In this document: positions 1 to 8,338 of the stretch, piece after piece | Layout: each line of letters starts with the position of its first letter | How positions within the stretch are numbered: the first letter of the stretch is position 1 | Assembly: GCA_965612865.1 (NCBI GenBank) | Contig: CBFDTJ010000019.1 | Coordinates: forward strand, 1-21,748 | Length of the DNA: 21,748 bases | Direction: 5' to 3' | From: an uncultured bacterium | GTDB lineage: Bacteria; Caldisericota; Caldisericia; B22-G15 | Made by a program: the position numbers and the translations under genes | The notes under the pieces: model-generated | Told to the model about the DNA's origin: nothing | The model's input: the letters and a program-made list of their open reading frames with translations, nothing else | Databases searched by the model: none

Positions 1-68
1 TGATACGGCGACCACCGAGATCTACACCTAAGCCTTCGTCGGCAGCGTCAGATGTGTATAAGAGACAG
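1..68 (+). other. Illumina Nextera adapter contamination: P5 (missing first AA) + i5 index CTAAGCCT + Read1 primer site + Tn5 mosaic end
   Basis: 1-27 TGATACGGCGACCACCGAGATCTACAC (P5); 28-35 CTAAGCCT (8-nt index, matches Nextera 508 as I recall it); 36-49 TCGTCGGCAGCGTC; 50-68 AGATGTGTATAAGAGACAG (19-bp mosaic end). Confidence 0.99.
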
Positions 69-703
69 GTTTTATGGATCATTAAATGGTGCGTTGGATG
101 TAGGTTCAAGAAAATTCCCCCTTTAAAGCTTATCCCTTCAACCCTGTAATTCATTAATGCAAAGGAACTTACCTCTAAAAAGACATCCTTTACCTTTTCT
201 CTTAAGCATCTATCAAGAAACTTTTGAATCTCAAAAGATTCTGGTGTTGTAAGCAGTCCTTCGCCTTTACTGATAAGGTTTTTTTTAATAAATTTTCCCT
301 CACTACCCAGACTTGCTGAATCTGGAAGTAGTTCTCTCAAGAGATGTATAAGTGTAGTTTTTCCTGTACTTCCTGTTATTCCATATACATTAAGTTTATC
401 TGAGGGATTATTATAGAAATTGGATGACATAATTGAAAATGCTTTCCTTGAGTTATCGGTGATTATTAGGGTGGAATCTTTGAAGCCTGAAATCTCTCTT
501 TCTACTATGAATACACGGCACCCCTGTTTATGAGCATCTAATATAAAATTATGACTATCAAAACGGCTGCCTTTAATGGCAAAAAATACACTCCCTTTAC
601 CTGCTTCTCTTGAATCAATAATAAGGGAGTCAACCTCTCTATCCAGGCTTCCATAAAATTTTTTAATTTGAACTCCCCTTAAAAGATCATTTAACTTCTT
701 CAT
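69..703 (-). CDS. murE: Mur ligase of the MurE type (UDP-MurNAc-tripeptide synthetase), 3'-truncated by the contig end; absent from the ORF track
   Basis: Hand translation from ATG at 703, overlapping the ftsI end: MKKLNDLLRG...DSREAGKGSVFFAIKGSRFDSHNFI...FYNNPSDKLNVYGITGSTGKTT...TTPESFEIQ...LEVSSFAL...FLNLHPTHHLMIHKT. No stop before the adapter. Canonical position after ftsI. Confidence 0.85.
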
Positions 704-2384
704 CAGGCTCAATCTCAAAATATCTGATTACTCTCTCCGCAATCCTTTTAAATAGAGGGGCAGCTACCTGAGAAGCGTATAGGGAACTATCCTCTGGTTC
801 ATCAACCAGCACTGTTAGAACATACCTTGGATTTTTGGTAGTTATTATTCCAACAAACCAGAGAACTGTCTTTCCCTCTACATATTTACCATTCTCTATC
901 ACTCCTGCTGTTCCAGTTTTACCACCAATGGAATAACCTGTTATTACCGCTCCTCCTACCCCATTTCTTCCAACCACATACTTAAGATAAGATAAAACTT
1001 TATTAGCTGTAGTTTCAGATATTACCTTTTTAATAAGGGAGGGTTTCGCCTCTTTAACGATCTTGCCATCTTTTACTATCTTTTTTATTATTTGCGGCTT
1101 CAATCTGTTGCCTTTGTTACCTATTGCCTGATAAAAACTTGTTTGCTGAAGAGGAGTCACAGTTATTCCCACACCGAAAGACATGGTTGGAAGAGTTGTA
1201 TCGCTCCACTGTTCTGGTGGGAGAATATCTCCCTTTCCCTCATACGGAAAGTCCAGATTCATCTCTTCTCCCACTCCAAATAGCTTTAAATAATGATAGA
1301 GTCTATCACCAAGTAGTGATCCTACCTGAATAAAACCAACATTGCATGAATTTCTAAGTAGGTCTTTAATGGTTTGTGTGCCGTGAGGCACTATGCATGT
1401 AAATCTCTTCCCACCTTTGTATATGTATCCTTTGCATTCAAATTTATCTTCCTCACTTAAAACACCCTCTTCAAGAGCAGCAGAGGTTATTAAAGGTTTA
1501 AAGGAAGATCCTGGTTCGTAATTCCATCCATAGGCAGGATCTGGAAATTTTGCCTTTGAGAATTGAGAAAAGTCGTTTGGGTCAAAATTGGGCAATGTTG
1601 CCATACCTATTATTTCCCCTGTCTTGATATCCTCCAGTATTGTAATAACCCTTTTAGGTTTATATTTTTCAATGGTTTTCTTCATTTCAAATTCCATGAT
1701 TGCCTGGATGTTTATATCTATGGTTAAGTATATATCTGCTCCGTTTTGTGGTTTCTTTATGTAGAATTCAGTTCCAGGTATCTCTCTTCCAACAGCATCC
1801 TTCAGAAATCCTATTGTTCCATACTCTCCCCTTAAAATACTATCAAATTTGTACTCCAGTCCTTCAAGTCCCCTATCAATTCCCATTTCTCCGATTATAT
1901 AGGATGCCAGGTTATGCATCGGGTAGAAGCGTTCATAATAGGGCTCAAAGTATATATACTCAATGTTTAGCTTCTCTATCCTTTCTTTCTCTGTCTTATC
2001 TATTCCAGTTTTTAAAACAAGATAACTTGAGTTTGTATTAATTTTATTCTTTAGTGTTTCCCTATCAATATCCAATTGGTCTGAAACCTTCTCTAACCAT
2101 CTCTCCTTATCATCAATTTGCGATGGATTGGTAACCACTCTGTATCTTTTTATGGAGATGGCAAGGATTCTTCCATTTCTATCATAAATCGTCCCTCTCT
2201 TTCCTGGAACACGCCTTCCCGCTGATTGCCACTGAGCTTCTGCTTTTCTTTTAAATTCCTCTCCCTTTATAACATCAAGGTATAGTAGTCTTACACTAAA
2301 GGCTATTGAAAGAATCAGAAAGATAAGTAAAGTTTTTACAATTTTATTTTCCACTGTTTTCTGTTTCTTCTCCACTTCCACCAT
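687..2384 (-). CDS. ftsI: Class B penicillin-binding protein (FtsI/SpoVD-like transpeptidase)
   Basis: N-terminal TM helix, RGTIYDRNG, RFYP, GLEGLE, catalytic EPGSSFK (SxxK), SCN (SxN) and KTGT; dcw context; no PASTA domains. Confidence 0.93.
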   Translation of the reverse strand: MVEVEKKQKTVENKIVKTLLIFLILSIAFSVRLLYLDVIKGEEFKRKAEAQWQSAGRRVPGKRGTIYDRNGRILAISIKRYRVVTNPSQIDDKERWLEKVSDQLDIDRETLKNKINTNSSYLVLKTGIDKTEKERIEKLNIEYIYFEPYYERFYPMHNLASYIIGEMGIDRGLEGLEYKFDSILRGEYGTIGFLKDAVGREIPGTEFYIKKPQNGADIYLTIDINIQAIMEFEMKKTIEKYKPKRVITILEDIKTGEIIGMATLPNFDPNDFSQFSKAKFPDPAYGWNYEPGSSFKPLITSAALEEGVLSEEDKFECKGYIYKGGKRFTCIVPHGTQTIKDLLRNSCNVGFIQVGSLLGDRLYHYLKLFGVGEEMNLDFPYEGKGDILPPEQWSDTTLPTMSFGVGITVTPLQQTSFYQAIGNKGNRLKPQIIKKIVKDGKIVKEAKPSLIKKVISETTANKVLSYLKYVVGRNGVGGAVITGYSIGGKTGTAGVIENGKYVEGKTVLWFVGIITTKNPRYVLTVLVDEPEDSSLYASQVAAPLFKRIAERVIRYFEIEPDEEVK

Positions 2385-2643
2385 CTATAAATATAACCTC
2401 CGCATCTTTTAGATTTAATTTTTCTATTGCTCTCTCTATCAATATGTTAGGGTTGGTTGCTTCCTCCAATTTAAATTCAAGATTCATCCTCTCTTCTATC
2501 AAAGAATCAAGTTCTCTTTTTAATATATTCTTTTTATTCCCCAGATTCATAATCTGGAGGTTGAGTAGTCCATAGAAAAATACCAGTAAAACTATTGCAA
2601 TAATAAATATACTAAACCTTTTTAGCCACTCTGAGTTTTGCAC
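2344..2643 (-). CDS. ftsL: FtsL-like cell division protein
   Basis: 99 aa, one TM helix followed by a leucine-rich coiled coil and IERAIEKLNL; lies between rsmH and ftsI. Confidence 0.7.
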   Translation of the reverse strand: MQNSEWLKRFSIFIIAIVLLVFFYGLLNLQIMNLGNKKNILKRELDSLIEERMNLEFKLEEATNPNILIERAIEKLNLKDAEVIFIDGGSGEETENSGK

Positions 2644-3499
2644 TGCGACTCCTTATATTATCCTCAATTTCCTCTTTTTGTGGTGTTATAGGTCTTTTTG
2701 TAAGAACTTCAACCGTTCCTTCTCTTTCCAGTTCTAAAAATTTTTTCTTTACCATCCTATCTTCAAGGGAATGATACGAAATTATTTCAACAATTCCGTT
2801 TTTATTTAAGTAGCTCTGAAAAGATGAAAGAAAGGTTTTTAGATTTTCCAGCTCTTTGTTTACATAGATTCTTAATGCCTGGAATACCTTTGTTGCAGGG
2901 TGTATGCTCCCTTTCCTCATGTGGGCTGGATACAGGGATTCTATAATTTCTTTAAGTCTCTTTCCTGTGGTTATTGGAGCTTTCTCTCTTTCCTGAATAA
3001 TTTTTCTTGCTATCCTCTTGGCTTCTCTTATCTCCCCAAAAGTTTTAAAGATATATGTAAGCTCCCTCTCCCCAAAAGAGTTTATCACATATTCTCCGCT
3101 TCTTAAGTTTTTTCGATATCTCATGTCGATGCTTGTATCATCATCAAAGGAAAAACCCCTTCCTTTCCTCAAGTGAAATGAGGAGAAACCTAAATCCAGA
3201 AGCATAAAATCCACTTTTTCTATACCAAGCCTTTTTAGCACTAAAGGAAAATTTTTGTAGTTATCGTTTATTAAAATAACTCTTTTGTTACCAGTTTTAA
3301 GTCTTTCTTCGGTAACCTTTAAAACATCTGGATCTATATCCAATCCTATAAGTAAGGAATCCTCTCTCATTCTTTTCATTATCTCATAGCTATGTCCACC
3401 TTCTCCTGTTGTAAGGTCAAGGAATGTCCTTTTTTTCTCAAAATCTATATAGGAGAGTATCTCTTTAACTAACACAGGTTTATGAATAGGCATTTTCAT
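2612..3499 (-). CDS. rsmH: 16S rRNA m4C1402 methyltransferase
   Basis: HKPVL, DLTTGEGGHS, LDLGFSS, RGFSF, HPATKVFQALRIYVN, ISYHSLEDRMVK, RSRSAKLR; ATGA-coupled to mraZ. Confidence 0.97.
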   Translation of the reverse strand: MKMPIHKPVLVKEILSYIDFEKKRTFLDLTTGEGGHSYEIMKRMREDSLLIGLDIDPDVLKVTEERLKTGNKRVILINDNYKNFPLVLKRLGIEKVDFMLLDLGFSSFHLRKGRGFSFDDDTSIDMRYRKNLRSGEYVINSFGERELTYIFKTFGEIREAKRIARKIIQEREKAPITTGKRLKEIIESLYPAHMRKGSIHPATKVFQALRIYVNKELENLKTFLSSFQSYLNKNGIVEIISYHSLEDRMVKKKFLELEREGTVEVLTKRPITPQKEEIEDNIRSRSAKLRVAKKV

Positions 3500-3924
3500 A
3501 GATTCTCCACGAGTTTACTTATAGAGTTTTCATAAGAAAGTTCTTTTGTTTCCAGGTACTTATCCCATGCATATTTATCCCATATTTCAATTCGGTTAAG
3601 AACACCAATAAATACTACATCTCTCTTTAAAGAAGCAAACTTTCTGAATTCTAAAGGGATAAGGACTCTTCCCTGATTATCAATTTCTACAAAAGTTGCC
3701 GATGAAAACCAAACTCTGAGGAAGAATCTTGCTTCTTTGGTGCTTAGATGTATTTTAGCAAGTTTTTTTGAAAGATTCTCCCACTCCTTTGCAGGGTATC
3801 CAAAAAGGCACTTTTCAAACCCTTTGGTGATTACAAATTTAGTCCCCAAATCCTCCCTATATGTAGGAGGAATCATCACTCTTCCCTTACTATCCATTTT
3901 GTACAAATAGGTTCCCATAAACAT
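3496..3924 (-). CDS. mraZ: Division/cell-wall cluster transcriptional repressor
   Basis: MFMGTY, DSKGRVMIP and DNQGRVLIP repeats, GVLNRIEIW; 142 aa, upstream of rsmH. Confidence 0.97.
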   Translation of the reverse strand: MFMGTYLYKMDSKGRVMIPPTYREDLGTKFVITKGFEKCLFGYPAKEWENLSKKLAKIHLSTKEARFFLRVWFSSATFVEIDNQGRVLIPLEFRKFASLKRDVVFIGVLNRIEIWDKYAWDKYLETKELSYENSISKLVENL

Positions 3925-3961
3925 TTATTCAATTTTACCACATTTTCCCACCAATTACCAC
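3925..3961 (-). promoter_or_regulatory. mraZ promoter: three MraZ-box direct repeats plus an extended -10, apparently leaderless
   Basis: Minus strand GTGGTAATTG GTGGGAAAAT GTGGTAAAAT TGAATAA ATG. GTGG recurs with exact 10-bp period (plus-strand CCAC at 3938, 3948, 3958); TG-G-TAAAAT ends 7 nt before the ATG; no Shine-Dalgarno. Confidence 0.85.
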
Positions 3962-4599
3962 TATTTCCCTTTTTGAAATTGGCGTTTCTTTATGAATCTT
4001 TCAATAAGGAGGAAAGCATCTCCTCTTGAGAGCTTATTTCCAAACCTAATACCATCTGGGAAAAGATTATGAGAAACGGAGCACGAAAGTATTTTCTCTT
4101 TGTTTTCTCTGGCGTTTAGAAATGTAATATTCTTAATTTCATCTTTAAAAGGAAAGAGCTTAATCTCAAGAAGAAGAGCTTCTTCTATTGAAATTGGGGT
4201 ATCTGGCTTTATCTCTTCCTCCGATAAAGTTTCCAGTCTGGAAAGTTCAATTATGTATGGATGTACCCAATGATCCTTTAAATCTATAAATCTTTCCTTC
4301 TTTTTAAAAATTGAGAGTACCACATTAATAAACTTTTTTAATTTAAAAACAAAAGTTTCTTCTTCTCCCTCTACATAACTTTGAGTTACATTGTATCCCC
4401 TCACAAGAAGGGTTATAAATTCTCCCTGAGTTACTGCCCAGTCTATCCTGTAAGTTCCATCTGGATAGCCAGATACCACGTCCATCTCTCTTAAAAAATT
4501 TATAGATGAAAGATATGGTTCAGGTATCTTTTCTTCTCTCTTTACTCCAATGGTGAGTATCAGTGTGGAGATGGCTAAAAATATTATAAGTTTTTTCAT
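3961..4599 (-). CDS. Secreted or membrane-anchored S-layer homology (SLH) domain protein
   Basis: Signal-like MKKLIIFLAISTLILTIG; SLH-like segments VVSGYPDGTYRIDWAVTQGEFITLL, FIDLKDHWVHPYI and LSRGDAFLLI. Confidence 0.7.
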   Translation of the reverse strand: MKKLIIFLAISTLILTIGVKREEKIPEPYLSSINFLREMDVVSGYPDGTYRIDWAVTQGEFITLLVRGYNVTQSYVEGEEETFVFKLKKFINVVLSIFKKKERFIDLKDHWVHPYIIELSRLETLSEEEIKPDTPISIEEALLLEIKLFPFKDEIKNITFLNARENKEKILSCSVSHNLFPDGIRFGNKLSRGDAFLLIERFIKKRQFQKGK

Positions 4600-4638
4600 A
4601 GGATAATTTTACCATTTATGGGATATAATAAAATTACG
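4600..4638. promoter_or_regulatory. Back-to-back divergent -10 elements for the SLH gene and the racemase operon
   Basis: Minus: TG-G-TAAAAT (4611-4606) 6 nt before ATG 4599. Plus: TATAAT (4624-4629) 9 nt before ATG 4639. No SD on either side. Confidence 0.6.
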
Positions 4639-5694
4639 ATGTTTCCAAGACTAAAAATAAATCTTAAAGCTATAGGAGAGAATTACTTAACCATAAAGAG
4701 TAGATGTGAGGCGCTTGGTGTTGATGTAGTTCCTGTGGTAAAAGTTGTTCTTGGCGATGAGAATATAGTAAGGGTACTGAAGTCTTTAGGGGCAAGAGTG
4801 ATCGGAGATTCAAGGGTAAAGAACATAAAGAATTTTTCCAGTATCGATGTGGAAAAGATGTTACTTCGCTCTCCCATGTTGTCAGAGATAGAAGAGGTGA
4901 TTGAATTTTCAGATATTTCTTTAAATACTGAGATAGAAGTTGTAAAGCATTTATCAAAGGTGTCTTCAAGAAAAGGAAGAATTCATAAAGTTATAGTTAT
5001 GGTAGAACTTGGCGAGTTGAGAGAAGGTATTATGCCTGAGGATGTTCTTCCATTTGTAAAGAAGCTTAGAGAACTTCCATCCATTGAATTTCTTGGAATA
5101 GGAACAAATCTTACATGTCTATCAGGCGTTATTCCCACTGAAGAAAATCTTAAGGTTCTACTTGAATTAAAAAATCTTATTGAGGATTATGGGATTGGGG
5201 TAAAGGTTATATCTGGTGGAGGTTCAAATCTTCTTCCTATGATATGGAGAGGGAGACTTCCAAGATTTATAAATCAAATAAGGGTTGGAGAAGGTATATT
5301 TCTTGGAGTGGAGGCAATAGATAGGAAGCCACTACCTGGTTTGAGACAGGATACATTTACCCTGGAGGCAGAGGTTATAGAGGTTAAGAGGAAACCATCT
5401 CTTCCCTGGGGAAAAAAGACTGTAGATGCTTTTGGAGAGGTGCCAGAGTTTGAGGATAAGGGAATTAGAAGAAGAGCAATTCTGGCATTGGGAAGACAGG
5501 ATGTTAGTCTTTCCGGCATTATTCCATCAGATAAGTTTGAAATTATCGGTGCCTCCAGCGATCATATGGTTATTGATGTGGAAAAGTATCCCCATATTAA
5601 AGTTGGTGATATAGTTTCCTTCAATCTTAACTATGCAGGGGTCCTTTTTGCAATGACTTCTCCATTTGTGGAGAAGATTTATATTGAAGAGTGA
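4639..5694 (+). CDS. PLP-dependent alanine/ornithine racemase family enzyme (Orr-like; ornithine or lysine racemase)
   Basis: MFPRLKINL start (preferred over 4618), PLP lysine in VVK, GDSR, MLLRSP, MVELGELREG, GTNLTC, ISGGGS, RVGEG, KPSLPWG, DAFG, GRQD, GASSDH, closely matching clostridial ornithine racemase motifs. Confidence 0.85.
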   Translation: MFPRLKINLKAIGENYLTIKSRCEALGVDVVPVVKVVLGDENIVRVLKSLGARVIGDSRVKNIKNFSSIDVEKMLLRSPMLSEIEEVIEFSDISLNTEIEVVKHLSKVSSRKGRIHKVIVMVELGELREGIMPEDVLPFVKKLRELPSIEFLGIGTNLTCLSGVIPTEENLKVLLELKNLIEDYGIGVKVISGGGSNLLPMIWRGRLPRFINQIRVGEGIFLGVEAIDRKPLPGLRQDTFTLEAEVIEVKRKPSLPWGKKTVDAFGEVPEFEDKGIRRRAILALGRQDVSLSGIIPSDKFEIIGASSDHMVIDVEKYPHIKVGDIVSFNLNYAGVLFAMTSPFVEKIYIEE

Positions 5695-6212
5695 AATATA
5701 TAAGTCTCTTTTTTTCCTTCTTTAAAATAAGTGGTCTTACAATAGGAGGGGGGTATGCGATGATACCTCTTATTGAGAGGGAAATAGTCGGAAAGGATAT
5801 AATAGATAAAAAAAGATTCCTCAAGTGTCTTGTGAAAGCTCAATCGGTACCAGGCCCCATTGCTATAAATACTGCTTTCTTTGTCGGGAGTGAAATAGGT
5901 GGTATTCCCCTTGGTATATTTCTTGTATTTTCAGTTTTTCTCCCTCCATTCATCACTATCCTACTCGTAGCTACATTCCTGTGGCACTATATTGAAGTTC
6001 CATATGTGAGGTACTTTCTTGTAGGTGTGAGAATAGGAATATCTGTTATACTAATCGATTTTATATACAGAATTACAAAAAAGTGGAGAATAAGGAATTT
6101 TGTCTTAATTCTTACAGGAATGCTTCTTATAATTTTTTTAAAACTTCATACTATATATACCTTTATTCTTATCTCTGCCCTATACTTTCTTATTATACGG
6201 GGTGAAAAATGA
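5691..6212 (+). CDS. Short-chain chromate ion transporter (CHR) family protein, first subunit
   Basis: FKISGLTIGGGYAMIP, AQSVPGPIAIN, FLPPF; hydrophobic 173 aa; GTGA overlap with the racemase stop. Confidence 0.9.
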   Translation: MKYISLFFSFFKISGLTIGGGYAMIPLIEREIVGKDIIDKKRFLKCLVKAQSVPGPIAINTAFFVGSEIGGIPLGIFLVFSVFLPPFITILLVATFLWHYIEVPYVRYFLVGVRIGISVILIDFIYRITKKWRIRNFVLILTGMLLIIFLKLHTIYTFILISALYFLIIRGEK

Positions 6213-6736
6213 TAATAAAACTCTTTCTTATCTTTCTTAAAATTGGTTTCTTTGCCTATGGGGGAGGTTGGGGTGTTCTCTCCATCATCAGAGACGAGAT
6301 TGTAAGGGTTCATGGAGTTCTTTCAATGCCTGATTTTCTGAACATGATTTCAGTAGCTCAGCTAACCCCCGGACCCATAGCTGTCAATGTAGCTACTTAC
6401 ACTGGATTTAAGCTAGCTGGTTTCTGGGGTGCTCTATCTTCAACCATAGGAGTGATTCTACCTGGTATACTTCTCTCTATAATTGTCTATACATTTCTAC
6501 TTTTTATAGAGAAAAAACACAGCTTGGATAAACTCTACAGGAGTTTAAGAGTGGGTGTAATAGTACTTGTTACATACACCACATACCTTATCTTTACAAG
6601 TTCAGCAATAATTGACTATTTATCTATGATTGTTTTTGTTTCCCTCTTAATTATTTATTTTATATACAGGAAATTAAATCCGCTCTACATTGTGCTATTT
6701 GGAGGTGTTTTTTATCTAATTCTTAAGGTGATATAA
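6209..6736 (+). CDS. Short-chain chromate ion transporter (CHR) family protein, second subunit
   Basis: FLKIGFFAYGGG, AQLTPGPIAVNVATYTG; ATGA overlap with the first subunit. Confidence 0.9.
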   Translation: MIIKLFLIFLKIGFFAYGGGWGVLSIIRDEIVRVHGVLSMPDFLNMISVAQLTPGPIAVNVATYTGFKLAGFWGALSSTIGVILPGILLSIIVYTFLLFIEKKHSLDKLYRSLRVGVIVLVTYTTYLIFTSSAIIDYLSMIVFVSLLIIYFIYRKLNPLYIVLFGGVFYLILKVI

Positions 6737-6768
6737 TTTCACTTTAGATAAAGGAAGGAGGAAAAGCA

Positions 6769-8337
6769 ATGAATCATAAAGAGTTCTTGACAATGGTTAA
6801 TGATGAATTGGCGGTACTGGAAAAGGAGGTTGCGGTTACCTACTGGAATCTTACAACCACAGGAAAGAAAGACTGGGAGAAAAAATTTATAGAGGCAGAT
6901 ATAAAATTAAGAGAGTACCTCTCAGACAAGAGTAAATTTGAACTGGTTAACAAGTTTTTACAGGATGACTCTCTTTCTCCTCTTGAAAAGAGGGAGCTTC
7001 TCCTTTTAAGAAACGCAATGCTTCCAAACCAGATAGATAAGGAGACATTAAAAATCGTTTCAGAGAAAGAGGCAGAGATAGAAAGTATTTTTACAAGTTT
7101 CAGAGGAAAAATAGATGGAAAGAAAGTGACAAATAATGAAATCGAAGAGATTCTCAGAAAGGAAACAGACTCATCTTTGAGAAAAAAAGCCTGGGAGGCC
7201 AGTAAAGAGATAGGAGAAGTGGTTGGTCCAAAGATCCTTGAATTAGTAAAAATAAGAAATAAAATTGCAAGAGGATTTGGATATAGTAATTATTACGAGA
7301 TGATGTTTGAACTTCAAGAACTGGATGTTGACAGGATTCACGGCATCTTTAAGGAGTTCAAAAATAAGACAGATGAAACATTCAGGATAATGAAGGAAGA
7401 AGTAGATACCAGACTCTCAGAGCAGTTTGGTGTTTCAAGCGAGAACCTTATGCCATGGCATTACTCTGATCCCTTCTTTCAGGAAGCTCCTCATATATAC
7501 GATGTTCCCTTTGATGAGGTGTTTAAAAATTTAAATATTGAAAAGCTTGTGGAGAGAACATATAACTCTATAGGAATGGATGTTAGCGACATATTAAAAA
7601 GAAGTGATCTCTATGAAAGAGAAGGAAAAAATCAGCATGCTTTTTGCATACACATAGACAGAAGTGGAGATGTAAGAATTCTTGCAAACATAAGACCCAA
7701 TGAGAGATGGGCTGAAACCATGCTTCATGAGATGGGTCATGCGGTCTATGATAAATACCTTAATATGGATTTACCGTTTTTACTTAGAGAACCCTCCCAT
7801 ATATTTACCACTGAAGCAGTTGCTATGTTCTTTGGTAGATTTGCAAGAAAGTGGGTCTGGTATAAAGAAATCGTTGGAGTTGAGGAAGAATTGAAGGATT
7901 ATAAAGATTTAATAGATAAACTTTTAAAGTTACAACTTATGATTTCAGCAAGATGGATAATAACTTTTGTTTTCTTTGAAAGGAAACTCTACGAGATGGA
8001 AAAGAACATTAACAATCTCTGGTATGATGTTGTAGCTGAAAATCAATTTTTAAATATTCCAGAAGACAGAAAAAATAGATTTGATTGGGCTTCAAAAATT
8101 CACTTTGGAACAAATCCAGTCTATTATCAAAACTACCTACTTGGAGAGATGATGGCTTCTCAGATGGATGAATTTGTAAAAACAAATATCTCCTCTTTAC
8201 CATTTAAGTCAGAAGTTGGTAGATTCCTTATAGAAAAAATATTTGAACCTGGTAGTTCTTTAAGATGGGATGAACTACTAACCAGTTCTACTGGCGAAAC
8301 CCTAAATCCGAATTATTTAATAAATCAACTCGTATAG
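6769..8337 (+). CDS. M3 (M2/M3-like) zinc metallo-oligopeptidase
   Basis: HEMGH (HExxH), downstream TEAVA glutamate, GKNQHAFC, YYQNYLLG; strong SD AGGAGG upstream. Confidence 0.88.
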   Translation: MNHKEFLTMVNDELAVLEKEVAVTYWNLTTTGKKDWEKKFIEADIKLREYLSDKSKFELVNKFLQDDSLSPLEKRELLLLRNAMLPNQIDKETLKIVSEKEAEIESIFTSFRGKIDGKKVTNNEIEEILRKETDSSLRKKAWEASKEIGEVVGPKILELVKIRNKIARGFGYSNYYEMMFELQELDVDRIHGIFKEFKNKTDETFRIMKEEVDTRLSEQFGVSSENLMPWHYSDPFFQEAPHIYDVPFDEVFKNLNIEKLVERTYNSIGMDVSDILKRSDLYEREGKNQHAFCIHIDRSGDVRILANIRPNERWAETMLHEMGHAVYDKYLNMDLPFLLREPSHIFTTEAVAMFFGRFARKWVWYKEIVGVEEELKDYKDLIDKLLKLQLMISARWIITFVFFERKLYEMEKNINNLWYDVVAENQFLNIPEDRKNRFDWASKIHFGTNPVYYQNYLLGEMMASQMDEFVKTNISSLPFKSEVGRFLIEKIFEPGSSLRWDELLTSSTGETLNPNYLINQLV

Positions 8338-8338
8338 A

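Noticed and set aside
50..68. Tn5/IS50 mosaic end as a real transposon terminus
   Set aside because: It is embedded in the Illumina P5-index-Read1 adapter, and no transposase is present.
4618..4638. ORF-track ATG start for the racemase
   Set aside because: The family N-terminus corresponds to MFPRL at 4639, and the extension contains the putative -10.
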